Virus record (IMG/VR): IMGVR_UViG_3300046005_001206
Span: 1-60,180 of that record
Origin: a virus
Taxonomy: Duplodnaviria > Caudoviricetes
Length of the DNA stretch: 60,180 bases
Strand: one strand, 5' to 3'
Positions 26,800 to 36,545 of this stretch are shown piece after piece (within the stretch, counting starts at the first letter, position 1; every line of letters begins with the position of its first letter). The notes beneath the pieces are model-generated. The model saw only the letters and a list, made by a program, of their open reading frames with translations, was not told the DNA's origin and did not search any database. Position numbers and translations under genes: made by a program.

Positions 26800-27239
26800 G
26801 TAAGTGGGCAGCACGATTCCTCGACCTTGCTGATCATGTCGCGACGTGGTCAAAAGATCCTCGAACACAAGTAGGCTGCGTCATTGTAGATAAGCACAAT
26901 CGTATCGTCTCTCTCGGTTTCAATGGCTTTCCCCGAGGCGTGAAGGATCTTGCAGAGAGATACAACGATAGGCCTACGAAGCATCTGTTTGTAGCTCATG
27001 CCGAACGGAATGCACTCGACAATGCTCCGCTGTCTGTCGAAGGCTGTACGCTTTATAGTCCTCTTCTACCTTGCAGCGAATGCGCCAAGAGCATCATTCA
27101 GAAAGGAATTACGAAGGTGGTATCGTACGAGCCAGTTGAAGATGTCGAACATTTTCACTGGCATATCACAAAACAAATGTTTTTAGAAGCTGGAGTTCAA
27201 CTCTATCTTATAAATAAACCTGTCACGCCTAATGGGTGA
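26796..27239 (+). CDS. cd: dCMP deaminase
   Basis: SKDP, GFNG, HAERNA, PCSEC. Confidence 0.92.
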   Translation: MSKWAARFLDLADHVATWSKDPRTQVGCVIVDKHNRIVSLGFNGFPRGVKDLAERYNDRPTKHLFVAHAERNALDNAPLSVEGCTLYSPLLPCSECAKSIIQKGITKVVSYEPVEDVEHFHWHITKQMFLEAGVQLYLINKPVTPNG

Positions 27240-27269
27240 CACAATTTAACTCGCTTAATAGGAGCATAT

Positions 27270-27521
27270 ATGAAAACAGTAATTCTCGGTCTCGTGGCCG
27301 CAACTCTCATGACAACACCCGCTGCGGCTACTTCGTGGAAAGTAGATCTTTTTGATCGCCTCGATAACGACAGCAATGAAACCCTTACACTTGAAGAACT
27401 TAGAACAGCCGAATGTAAGACTGATGCTAAGATGTTCAAGTATGCAGATAAGAATCATGACTTGGTTCTGACTCAATCTGAGTATTTCACTAACCGTGAT
27501 CTACTTGGTCGCTGCAAGTAA
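27270..27521 (+). CDS. Secreted EF-hand protein
   Basis: Signal peptide; DNDSNETLTLEE and DKNHDLVLTQSE loops; TATAAATA at 27209. Confidence 0.7.
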   Translation: MKTVILGLVAATLMTTPAAATSWKVDLFDRLDNDSNETLTLEELRTAECKTDAKMFKYADKNHDLVLTQSEYFTNRDLLGRCK

Positions 27522-27526
27522 GGAGA

Positions 27527-28054
27527 ATGAATATGTTTAAAGATAATCCTTTCATGAAAGACTTCGATCGCTTCTTTGTGGGATTTGATCCTATGATTAA
27601 GAGGCTATCAGAAACAGCTGAGCAATCCTTGAAGCTGGCTCAGAACTATCCTCCGTACAACATCAAAAAGATTGATGAGAACAAGTACGTTATTGAAATG
27701 GCTGTAGCTGGTTTCGGTAAACAAGATCTCGAGATTGAGATTGCAGATGATAAGCTAATCATCAAGGGCAGCAATATTCATCAGGGTGAACCTGCTGCAC
27801 AGGATTCAAATGGTGATTGGACATGGCCGGCTATATTGTATCAGGGTCTTGCGATGCGACCGTTTACTCGCACGTTTAATCTTGCAGATAATGTAGAAAT
27901 CCGTAATGCTACATTGCTAAACGGTATTCTCAAGATTGCTCTCGAAGCTATTATTCCTGAGCATAAGAAGCCAAAGAAGATCCATATTGAGGATCCTAAT
28001 GAAGAGTATCCGTCACAAGCTGCCGAATTCTTGGCAGAAGGTAAGACTAAGTAA
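27527..28054 (+). CDS. Small heat-shock protein Hsp20 (IbpA-like)
   Basis: YPPYNI, IEMAVAGF, FTRTFNLA, NGILKI. Confidence 0.93.
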   Translation: MNMFKDNPFMKDFDRFFVGFDPMIKRLSETAEQSLKLAQNYPPYNIKKIDENKYVIEMAVAGFGKQDLEIEIADDKLIIKGSNIHQGEPAAQDSNGDWTWPAILYQGLAMRPFTRTFNLADNVEIRNATLLNGILKIALEAIIPEHKKPKKIHIEDPNEEYPSQAAEFLAEGKTK

Positions 28055-28056
28055 AA

Positions 28057-28081
28057 AGAAGGGGAGCTTTCGCTCCCCTTC
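28057..28081. terminator. Terminator hairpin between convergent hsp20 and endolysin
   Basis: GAAGGGGAGC-TTTC-GCTCCCCTTC with A-run on the left. Confidence 0.75.
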
Positions 28082-28084
28082 AAC

Positions 28085-29263
28085 TTATCCCCAATTGGCG
28101 TATTGTTTTGTTTTCTTTAAACGATCGTCAAGACCATGTGTACCACCATTTACTCGCTTCGAGATTTGAGTGATTACGGCATCGGTCACGCCTTTGTCTG
28201 CAATTGCAAGCAATCCATTTTTACGGAAGAACCATAATGCAGACTCAAAAGCCAACTCACCAACCACAAGATCAGAATTCGTTAAGACGTCAGGCCGTTT
28301 TACGTCAGCGGCAAAAGCTGTATAGTTGTCTTTCCCGGTCAGTTGGATCGGGCCTCGACCACGATACTTCCAGCCATCTCCAGAGGCTTCTGAACCGTTC
28401 CCCATCCGATTAGCATACACTTTGTTTGCAATCTTTTCTGGCTTACGAGCATAGCCTGCGGTCGAAGCGATCGTAGGAAAATACTTCTTGAAGATTCCGT
28501 TGAGTCCCTTATCTGAGTAGTTTAGGTTCTCAGAGAACACCTTAAACCCACCTGACTCGTGTGCGCATTGGCCGAAGAAGTGTGCTGCTTGATTGTTTGT
28601 CAGCTTGAAGTAATCTCTTGCTGCCTTATATGTGCCAGGTCCCCATTTACCGTCGGCAGTAATGCCGCATTTCGTTTGGAGCGCAGCCAATGGACCAAGA
28701 CCTGCAGCGACTGGTTTGGCTTGCGTTACAGAGTCAGTGATCTGTGAGTTGACTGTCTTGATGGTAGGTGCACCAGCAGCCTTTGTCGTCGATGGATCAA
28801 AGTCAGCAACAGTAGTATATACCGTACCACCAGCTTTTGATTTCGAAGCGATCATACGTACTTTACGATTTCCGCCAGCCTTCTTAATCGAAGCGTGAAC
28901 CCAACCAGAATTCTTATCGCCTTTTGTGTAGAACTCTAAGATTACCTGATCAAACTCAAGGTTATCTCCAATCCAATCGGCAACAACTTTGTTATCAACA
29001 CCTTTTACTTCAAAGTCAATCGCCTGACCGTTGACGTGTTGAGATGTTTTTGAACCACCGACTGCCTTATTGACAAGCGGTGCACGATACGAAGAGTTGA
29101 TCGTGACTGGTCCAAACTTTGCACGAACTGGTTCGAGAATCTTCTCGCAACAGTAACGCATATTCTCGATATGTTCTGGAGTTGGTGTGTTACTCAATCC
29201 AAGTCTTTTAGCCGTTGGAGAAACAGTCATTTCTTCTAAAGCAAAATTTTCAGTTAGTTTCAT
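28085..29263 (-). CDS. Endolysin: peptidase M15 domain, linker, glycoside hydrolase 19 domain
   Basis: SSYR, SQHVNGQAID, WVHAS (M15); HESGGF, ENLNYS, YRGRGPIQLTG, VNGG (GH19). Confidence 0.88.
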   Translation of the reverse strand: MKLTENFALEEMTVSPTAKRLGLSNTPTPEHIENMRYCCEKILEPVRAKFGPVTINSSYRAPLVNKAVGGSKTSQHVNGQAIDFEVKGVDNKVVADWIGDNLEFDQVILEFYTKGDKNSGWVHASIKKAGGNRKVRMIASKSKAGGTVYTTVADFDPSTTKAAGAPTIKTVNSQITDSVTQAKPVAAGLGPLAALQTKCGITADGKWGPGTYKAARDYFKLTNNQAAHFFGQCAHESGGFKVFSENLNYSDKGLNGIFKKYFPTIASTAGYARKPEKIANKVYANRMGNGSEASGDGWKYRGRGPIQLTGKDNYTAFAADVKRPDVLTNSDLVVGELAFESALWFFRKNGLLAIADKGVTDAVITQISKRVNGGTHGLDDRLKKTKQYANWG

Positions 29264-29339
29264 TTTTATAGCCTTTTACTATGTACTTTATTTGGGTTTT
29301 AGAGTATAACTAATAATGCGGCCAGATACTGGAGATCCA

Positions 29340-31847
29340 ATGAATTTTTATACCAATGTAACTCGTCATCGAAATCAAATTCTAGTTCGCGGAATATCTG
29401 ATGGTAAACCTGTCAAGTTTTCTGTGAAATACAAACCTTATTTATTCGTTCAAGCAAGTGCACAAACCGAACATAAGAATCTGAAAGGTGAATATGTAGG
29501 TAAGATGCAATTCGATTCCATGTCTGAGACGCGAGAGTTTCTGCAAAGTTACGAGAACGTAGCAGGCATGAACATCTATGGCCTCTCCGATTGGCCTTAC
29601 ATGTATATTTATGACAAGTATAAGGGTGAGATCAAGTATGATCCTGCCCTCGTTTCAGTTTGTTCGATCGATATCGAGACCAGTATTGAAGGCGGTTTTC
29701 CTGACATCGAGAAAGCAGACAATGAAATCACAGCGATTACCATAGGCCGCAATGGTAGAAAGACTACGTTTGGTTGCGGTGAATATCAGGAGCATCAAGA
29801 AAATGTACAATATTACAAATGCGCAGACGAGTCTGCACTCTTACTCGCCTTTCTCGAAGTCTGGAACGGATCACTCTATTCGCCTGAAGTTGTCACAGGC
29901 TGGAACATCGAGTTCTTCGATATCCCATATCTTGTCAACAGGATTCGAAAAGTTCTTGGATCTGATCACGCTGAACGTCTCTCTCCCTGGAAAATGCTGC
30001 GTGAATACAAAGTTAACAGTCGCGGGCGAGACTGCATTTGCTATGCCCCCATTGGTGTCGCAGTCCTCGATTACATCCAGCTTTATCGGAAGTTTACGTA
30101 CACAGAGCAGGAATCTTACCGACTTGACTACATCGCTCAAGTTGAGCTCGGCGAAGGAAAGCTTGACTACCGCGACGAAGGTTATACCGACCTCGATGAC
30201 CTTCGACTAAGAAACTTTCAACTCTATATCGAATATAACGTTCGAGATGTTGAGATCGTTGAGAGGCTCGAAGATAAGCTGAAGCTCATCGAGTTGGTCT
30301 ATGCTTTGGCTTATGACGCCAAGGTTAACTATGAAGATACTATGACAACCGTGAAACAGTGGGATGTGATCACTCACAACTACCTGCTCGATCGAAACAT
30401 CGTAGTGCCTCTCAACGATAAGAATAAACCCGACCGAGCCTTCGTAGGCGGATATGTTAAAGATCCAAAGGTCGGCATGAGTAAATGGGTTGTGTCGTTC
30501 GATTTGAACTCCCTTTATCCTCACCTTATCATGCAGTACAACATCTCCCCCGAGACGCTTGTCACTCGCTTAAAAGATAAGGTGTCAATCGACGACCTAC
30601 TTGTTGGTGGCGCTAGTCAGTTCGGTGACTATCTTGATAAAACGAACTGTACTATCGCCGCCAACCTTTGTATCTATACGAAAGAAAAGCGTGGCTTCTT
30701 GCCATCGATTATGGATCGTATGTATGACGATCGTACTCGATATAAGAAGCAGATGATCGAGGTGAAGAAGGAATACGAGAAGACAAAGAATCCTCTTCTT
30801 GTCAAAGAAATTGCACGTCTCGATAACATGCAAATGGCAAAGAAGATTCAGTTGAACTCGGCTTATGGTGCTCTCGGTAACAAGTGGTTTCGTTGGTTTG
30901 ACGTGAATAATGCCGAAGCCATCACCACCTCTGGTCAGCTCAGCATTCGTTGGATCGAGAACAAGTTGAATGACTATCTCAACAAACTGTTGAAGACAGA
31001 AAACTTTGATTATGTGTTGGCTTCTGATACCGACTCGGTGTATGTCACTCTCGAATACCTCGTGAAGAATGTATTCGGTGATGATGTACCTGAAACCAAG
31101 AAGGTGATTCAGTATATCGACAAGATCTGTAAGGAACGTATCGAACCATTCATCGATCGTTCTTATCAAGAACTTGCCGAATATATGCATGCATACGATC
31201 AAAAGATGCAAATGAAGCGAGAGAACATCGCCGATAAGGGCATCTGGAAAGCCAAGAAGATGTACATTCTCAATGTATGGAACTCTGAAGGTGTTGAGTA
31301 TGAGAAGCCGAAGCTGAAGATGACAGGCATCGAAGCAGTTCGATCCTCGACTCCGACTGCATGTCGTGATGCCATTAAGAAGTCTCTCGAGATTATCATG
31401 GCTGGATCTGAATCGGATCTTCAGAAGTATGTCGCCAACTTCAAAGAAAAGTTTTCATCTCTTGGATTTGACGACATAGCTTTCACTCGCGGTGTCAAGG
31501 ATATCGAGAAATACTGGGTAGGTGGTAGGTTTCAAAGCCAGACACCTATTCACGTTCGCGGTTCAGTCGTCTTCAATGAAATGTTGAAGAAGAAGAAACT
31601 CACGAATAAATATCAATCGATTACCAGTGGTGAGAAGATTAAGTTCGCGTATCTCAAAAATCCGAACCCGACACAAGACTATGTGATCGCATGTCCGAAT
31701 GGTCTACCAAAAGAATTGAAGATGGAAACTTATATCGACTATGCAGTGCAGTTCGAGAAAGGCTATCTTAGCCCTATCGAGTCGATCACAAACACCATGG
31801 GATGGCAAGCAGAAAAAAGAGCAACACTCGAGGATTGGTTCAGCTAA
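29340..31847 (+). CDS. gp43: Family B DNA polymerase gp43
   Basis: DIET exonuclease, SFDLNSLYP, KIQLNSAYG, DTDS, C-terminal clamp peptide LEDWF. Confidence 0.97.
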   Translation: MNFYTNVTRHRNQILVRGISDGKPVKFSVKYKPYLFVQASAQTEHKNLKGEYVGKMQFDSMSETREFLQSYENVAGMNIYGLSDWPYMYIYDKYKGEIKYDPALVSVCSIDIETSIEGGFPDIEKADNEITAITIGRNGRKTTFGCGEYQEHQENVQYYKCADESALLLAFLEVWNGSLYSPEVVTGWNIEFFDIPYLVNRIRKVLGSDHAERLSPWKMLREYKVNSRGRDCICYAPIGVAVLDYIQLYRKFTYTEQESYRLDYIAQVELGEGKLDYRDEGYTDLDDLRLRNFQLYIEYNVRDVEIVERLEDKLKLIELVYALAYDAKVNYEDTMTTVKQWDVITHNYLLDRNIVVPLNDKNKPDRAFVGGYVKDPKVGMSKWVVSFDLNSLYPHLIMQYNISPETLVTRLKDKVSIDDLLVGGASQFGDYLDKTNCTIAANLCIYTKEKRGFLPSIMDRMYDDRTRYKKQMIEVKKEYEKTKNPLLVKEIARLDNMQMAKKIQLNSAYGALGNKWFRWFDVNNAEAITTSGQLSIRWIENKLNDYLNKLLKTENFDYVLASDTDSVYVTLEYLVKNVFGDDVPETKKVIQYIDKICKERIEPFIDRSYQELAEYMHAYDQKMQMKRENIADKGIWKAKKMYILNVWNSEGVEYEKPKLKMTGIEAVRSSTPTACRDAIKKSLEIIMAGSESDLQKYVANFKEKFSSLGFDDIAFTRGVKDIEKYWVGGRFQSQTPIHVRGSVVFNEMLKKKKLTNKYQSITSGEKIKFAYLKNPNPTQDYVIACPNGLPKELKMETYIDYAVQFEKGYLSPIESITNTMGWQAEKRATLEDWFS

Positions 31848-32077
31848 TGGCAAAACTAGATATAGACTTAGACTTTGATTTTGGTTTCACGACTTCTTCT
31901 GAAGAAGAAATCAAGCAAGAAGGTAATGACAAAGTAAGGCAGATGTACGATTCTATCATGCCTTTACTTACAAACTTAAAGAAAGATGCAGATAAAAATC
32001 CGATCATTAACTGGCCTAATCGTGGTGAGAAGATCGATCTCTTCATTACTAAACTGAATAAGATACTTGCGAGTTAA
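31847..32077 (+). CDS. Conserved hypothetical protein
   Basis: DFDFGFT, INWPNR; between gp43 and uvsX. Confidence 0.7.
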   Translation: MAKLDIDLDFDFGFTTSSEEEIKQEGNDKVRQMYDSIMPLLTNLKKDADKNPIINWPNRGEKIDLFITKLNKILAS

Positions 32078-32142
32078 TAAAAATACTTGTGTACAAATAA
32101 AGATATATCGTATATACTGGGACAATAAGACAAGGAGAAGTT

Positions 32143-33213
32143 ATGTCTGACCTATTAAATAAATTGCGTAAGAATACCACAATCAAGGATTCAGATATTC
32201 TGTCTGATTCGAAGTTCTTCAATGCCAAGGATATGGTGGCAACAACTGTTCCAGCAATCAATATTGCATTGAGTGGTAAGATCAACGGTGGCTTCGTTCC
32301 TGGTTTGACTATTTGGGCAGGTCCATCGAAGCACTTCAAGACATCTTTTAGTCTTCTGATGGCAAAGGCATACATGGACAAGTATTCAGACGCAGTCATG
32401 CTTTTCTATGACTCAGAGTTTGGTACTCCTCAATCTTACTTCGACTCGTTCGGCATCGACACAACCCGAGTTCTCCATACTCCCATCACCGATGTCGAAC
32501 AGTTGAAGTTTGATATTATGCATCAGTTCGAAGAGATCAAGCGCGGTGATCATGTCATCATCGTAATCGACTCTGTTGGTAACCTTGCATCGAAGAAAGA
32601 AGTTGAGGATGCGCTCAAGCAGAACTCAGCAGCCGATATGACTCGCGCAAAGCAACTGAAGTCATTGTTCCGCATGGTCACACCTCACCTCAATCTCAAA
32701 GACATTCCACTAGTCGTGGTCAATCACACCTACCAGACTCAAGAGATGTACTCGAAGGCTGTGGTTTCTGGTGGTACAGGCATCTATTACTCAGCTGATA
32801 ACATCTTCATCATCGGTCGTCAGCAAGAAAAAGACGGCAAGGATGTGACTGGTTATAACTTCATCATCAACGTCGAGAAGAGCCGATTCGTGAAGGAGAA
32901 GTCGAAGATTCCTATCGAAGTATCATGGGATAAAGGAATCAGCAAATGGTCTGGTCTTCTCGACATGGCTCTCGAGTCTGGTCACGTCATCAAGCCAAAG
33001 GTTGGTTGGTTTCAGCGCGTGGACATGGAGACAGGTGAGATCCTTGAGAAGAGCTATCGTATGGCTGATACATACGAGTTCGGTTTCTGGCATCCAATCC
33101 TTATATGCCCTAAATTCAATGAGTTCATTGAAAAGAAGTATGCTGCATCGAATGGCGCCATTATGCAAGAAGAAGATGAAGTCGCAGCGGTCTATGAGAT
33201 GGAGGATGAATGA
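32143..33213 (+). CDS. uvsX: RecA-like recombinase UvsX
   Basis: GPSKHFKT, YDSEFG, DSVGNLAS, SGGTG. Confidence 0.95.
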   Translation: MSDLLNKLRKNTTIKDSDILSDSKFFNAKDMVATTVPAINIALSGKINGGFVPGLTIWAGPSKHFKTSFSLLMAKAYMDKYSDAVMLFYDSEFGTPQSYFDSFGIDTTRVLHTPITDVEQLKFDIMHQFEEIKRGDHVIIVIDSVGNLASKKEVEDALKQNSAADMTRAKQLKSLFRMVTPHLNLKDIPLVVVNHTYQTQEMYSKAVVSGGTGIYYSADNIFIIGRQQEKDGKDVTGYNFIINVEKSRFVKEKSKIPIEVSWDKGISKWSGLLDMALESGHVIKPKVGWFQRVDMETGEILEKSYRMADTYEFGFWHPILICPKFNEFIEKKYAASNGAIMQEEDEVAAVYEMEDE

Positions 33214-34625
33214 GAATTGAACACATCATATTTGGAAATCTTATTGAAAACGAGGAGTACGGTCGGAAAGTTATTCCATTCCTGAAGGAAGAATACTTTA
33301 CTGACACCGTAGATCGTAAGATCTTCTCTATCATTCATGACTATGTGGGGAAGTATAACAACTTTCCTACAAAATCTGCTGTCGAGATCGATCTGAATGA
33401 TGTCGGAGGTCTGTCTGACGATCAGTTCAAGACTGCCAAAGAAGTTGTCTCTGGCCTTGACAAGTCTGAAGATCGTGATGTGGCATGGCTTGTAGATAAT
33501 ACCGAGAAGTTTTGTAAAGACAAGGCACTGTATAATGCTCTGATGCAATCGATTCAGATCGTCGACGATAGTAAGAAAGATAGCATATCAGTTGGATCTA
33601 TTCCTCAGATCTTGACTGATGCACTCGGTGTTTCTTTCGATAGCCATATCGGTCATGATTTCTTAAATGATGCACCAGAACGTTATGAGTTCTATCATCG
33701 CAAGGAAGTTCGCATTGGTTTCGATATTGATTACTTTAACAAGATTACTCAAGGCGGTCTCCCTCGCAAGACTCTGAACATTGCTCTCGCTGGTACTGGT
33801 GTCGGTAAATCTTTGTTCATGTGTCATGGTGCTGCACACAACTTGATGGCAGGTCAGAACGTCTTGTATATCACTTTGGAAATGGCAGAAGAAAGAATCG
33901 CCGAGCGCATCGATGCCAATCTTCTTGGTGTGACGCTTACCGATCTCAAAGATCTGCCACAAGCTATCTACTATAAGTTGATCGGAAAAGTCAAAGAACG
34001 AGCAAAAGGTAAGCTCATTGTAAAGGAGTATCCAACAGCATGCGCAGGCGCCGCAAACTTTCGACATCTCTTGAACGAATTGAAGATCAAGAAGAACTTT
34101 ATTCCAGACATTATCTACATCGATTATCTGAACATTTGTGCGTCGTCGAGGATCAAACCGGGATCGAACGTAAACTCGTACACCTACATCAAGGCGATCG
34201 CCGAAGAGCTAAGAGGTCTGGCCGTCGAGTTCAACGTTCCGATAGTTTCTGCTACTCAGACTAATCGTTCTGGTTTTAGTAACTCTGATGTCGGCCTCGA
34301 AGATACTTCTGAATCGTTTGGTCTACCAGCAACAGCCGATTTTATGTTTGCCTTAATTACGAGCGAAGAGCTACGGCAGCTCAATCAGATCATGGTCAAG
34401 CAATTGAAGAATCGTTACGGCGATCCTTCAGTGCACAAGCGATTCGTGATTGGTGTTGACTACTCGAAGATGCGTCTGTATAATGTAGAGGCTTCAGCTC
34501 AAGTCGATGTTGTACAAGATGAAGATCGACCAGTCTTCGACAACTCCGCCTCTGGTTATCGAATGGAAAATGAATCGAAACCTGTCAGTAAATTTGAGAA
34601 AATTAAATTTGCAGGATTCAAATGA
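33210..34625 (+). CDS. gp41: Replicative DnaB-like helicase gp41
   Basis: AGTGVGKS, IDYLNI, SATQTNR, SESFGLPATAD, QLKNRY. Confidence 0.96.
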   Translation: MRIEHIIFGNLIENEEYGRKVIPFLKEEYFTDTVDRKIFSIIHDYVGKYNNFPTKSAVEIDLNDVGGLSDDQFKTAKEVVSGLDKSEDRDVAWLVDNTEKFCKDKALYNALMQSIQIVDDSKKDSISVGSIPQILTDALGVSFDSHIGHDFLNDAPERYEFYHRKEVRIGFDIDYFNKITQGGLPRKTLNIALAGTGVGKSLFMCHGAAHNLMAGQNVLYITLEMAEERIAERIDANLLGVTLTDLKDLPQAIYYKLIGKVKERAKGKLIVKEYPTACAGAANFRHLLNELKIKKNFIPDIIYIDYLNICASSRIKPGSNVNSYTYIKAIAEELRGLAVEFNVPIVSATQTNRSGFSNSDVGLEDTSESFGLPATADFMFALITSEELRQLNQIMVKQLKNRYGDPSVHKRFVIGVDYSKMRLYNVEASAQVDVVQDEDRPVFDNSASGYRMENESKPVSKFEKIKFAGFK

Positions 34626-34804
34626 TTGGCAATCTGAGACAAGATTGGATAATCAATACCGTTAAAAATCCAAGGTACACTTGGAAATGTAAGGTATTGA
34701 AAAATGTGACGTGGATGGTTGAAGAAGGCAATGAGCCTAATTGGTTTCATCGCAAAATGCAAGAGCTTTGTTTTGGTTTTAAATGGGAGAAGATTGATGG
34801 TTAA
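34622..34804 (+). CDS. Small hypothetical protein
   Basis: PNWFHRKMQELCFGFKW; ATGA-coupled. Confidence 0.6.
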   Translation: MIGNLRQDWIINTVKNPRYTWKCKVLKNVTWMVEEGNEPNWFHRKMQELCFGFKWEKIDG

Positions 34805-35030
34805 CTATAAGATCGTAAATACTGGAAAAATCGTCGATGTTGGCGGAGGGTTTGGAGAAATGGCCGCTGATATCGTTGAGACAAAGACGGATCAGATTGT
34901 AATCAAGAGTGTGTGTATGGCAAAAGCCAAGGAAATGGTTCGCCATCTGAACTTTGGCGGTGGCTTTGACGGATCGACTCCAGCATTTTTTTTAGCCGAA
35001 CGTGAAAAAACTTTAGAATTAACTGAATAA
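34797..35030 (+). CDS. Hypothetical protein
   Basis: LNFGGGFDGSTPAFF motif. Confidence 0.65.
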   Translation: MVNYKIVNTGKIVDVGGGFGEMAADIVETKTDQIVIKSVCMAKAKEMVRHLNFGGGFDGSTPAFFLAEREKTLELTE

Positions 35031-35034
35031 CTTG

Positions 35035-35187
35035 TATAAATAGATGTACACTATGTGGTGCGTGGATATACAGTTTTAACTGTGTAAGAGGCAAGTGTCT
35101 TAATTGACGACTGGAATAGGCAGGATCACAGGTGGGGTTCCTCCTGCTACACGCATGATGGGCGACTTTCGGGTCGCCCATTTTTTT
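35035..35187 (+). ncRNA. Candidate late-expressed small RNA with its own promoter and terminator
   Basis: TATAAATA 35035-35042; stems GTGCGTG/CACGCAT, TATACAG/CTGTGTA, GCAGGA/TCCTGC; terminator GGGCGAC-TTTCGG-GTCGCCC followed by A and a T7 run. Confidence 0.6.
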
Positions 35188-35261
35188 GTCTTTTTTGAAA
35201 ATAAGCATGTACATTTTATCAAAACTTTAGTAGTATGAATAATAAGCTAAGGAGAAACTTC

Positions 35262-35522
35262 ATGTACACTATTCAATATTTCGACGACACCATCTCACCT
35301 AAATTCCCTAACATCCAAACGCTCGTCGACTATCACAATCAACATCCCGATCTCGACTCATGTATTTTTTATCAAAACGATTATAACCATCGCGACGAAC
35401 TTGTCGCCTATCGACGCGTCGATATTATCCTTAACGAAAAACCCCGTCGAAAATTCGTCAACCACATGACTAAATACATCGAATCCATCCCCGATCAAAT
35501 TCATTGGCAAACTAAAAAATAA
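35262..35522 (+). CDS. Hypothetical early protein
   Basis: Own promoter and AAGGAG RBS. Confidence 0.65.
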   Translation: MYTIQYFDDTISPKFPNIQTLVDYHNQHPDLDSCIFYQNDYNHRDELVAYRRVDIILNEKPRRKFVNHMTKYIESIPDQIHWQTKK

Positions 35523-35600
35523 TTCATTATTTTCAAAATAAACATGTACATTTTATCAAAACTTTGGTAAGGTGGACCTATAATGATGAAGGACGAAAAT

Positions 35601-35813
35601 ATGATTACGAATCTTTGCGGTGGCTCTTTCGAGCATAGGACTGGTCGCAAGTGGACATGGGGCCTTAGCCGCTTTCGCGACGGTGAAGCTATGAAGATTC
35701 GTTGGGAAAAAACTGGTCCCGTAAGCGGGCGGTGGTTCTTTGAGATCGAAGGCATTCAGTATTCTGCCAAATCGATCTCTCCTTACCTCAAAGAAATTCA
35801 GATGCACAGCTAA
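35601..35813 (+). CDS. Hypothetical early protein
   Basis: Own promoter and AAGGA RBS. Confidence 0.65.
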   Translation: MITNLCGGSFEHRTGRKWTWGLSRFRDGEAMKIRWEKTGPVSGRWFFEIEGIQYSAKSISPYLKEIQMHS

Positions 35814-35874
35814 AATAAGCATGTACATTTTATCAAAACTTTGGTAATATGAATAATAAGCTAAGGAGATTGAA

Positions 35875-36177
35875 ATGACTGCTTTTAATAAAAAGAACTT
35901 TGAATACCATGGTGGATACCTGCACTATATGACTGCTACAGGTGAACGCAAGTTTGTTGCGCGCTTCAAGCATCGTGGTCCAGTTACAAAAACCAAGTTT
36001 CAAGCCGCGTTGATCAAGCATTACTCAGTAGAAACCTACTTCGCTCGTCTTGGCGGCGCTTACAATGCACAGGGTGAGGCTCCTCTTCAGATCCTCATGA
36101 ATGATGAGATCTTGCAATTCGATCGCGACGATCTCGGCCGTGGCTACTTTATCCTTGACGGTAAAGAACTTCGCTAA
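35875..36177 (+). CDS. Hypothetical early protein, paralog of 7206..7508
   Basis: High similarity to the 7206 copy. Confidence 0.8.
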   Translation: MTAFNKKNFEYHGGYLHYMTATGERKFVARFKHRGPVTKTKFQAALIKHYSVETYFARLGGAYNAQGEAPLQILMNDEILQFDRDDLGRGYFILDGKELR

Positions 36178-36239
36178 AATAAGCATGTACATTTTATCAA
36201 AAGCTTGGTAATATGAATAATAAGCTAAGGAGATTGAAA

Positions 36240-36503
36240 ATGTTTAATGTTCGAATGAATAAGTTTGGTAACAAAGTTAGCGGCAACTTCTCTATGACGT
36301 TCGCGAATGGCTATAGTGTCTCTGTGGCTATGGGTGACGGCACTTATAGCAATGGTAATTCGGAAGACGGTTTTACCTCTGTAGAAGTTGCTGCATGGGA
36401 TGCTGATGGCAACTGGGTTGAACTGGGTCATGACGATACGCTTGTCGGTTGGCAGCACTCAGATCAAGTCTTGGCGCTCATGAATAAAGTGGCAGCAATG
36501 TAA
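36240..36503 (+). CDS. Hypothetical early protein
   Basis: TFANGYSVSV...VEVA; own promoter. Confidence 0.7.
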   Translation: MFNVRMNKFGNKVSGNFSMTFANGYSVSVAMGDGTYSNGNSEDGFTSVEVAAWDADGNWVELGHDDTLVGWQHSDQVLALMNKVAAM

Positions 36504-36545
36504 TTTTAAGCATGTACAATTAATCGAAATCAGTGTAAGCTGATA

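Larger units (their letters stand above)
35198..36235 (+). repeat. Four near-identical promoter/leader repeats (AAAATAAGCATGTACATTTTATCAAAACTTTGGTAA...)
   Basis: TGTACA boxes at 35208, 35545, 35822 and 36186, each preceding one ORF. Confidence 0.85.

Noticed and set aside
18936-36239. Shared N-terminal peptide MNNKLRR in ORFs 18936, 35235 and 36213
   Set aside because: It is the translation of the repeated promoter leader and RBS; true starts are 27 nt downstream
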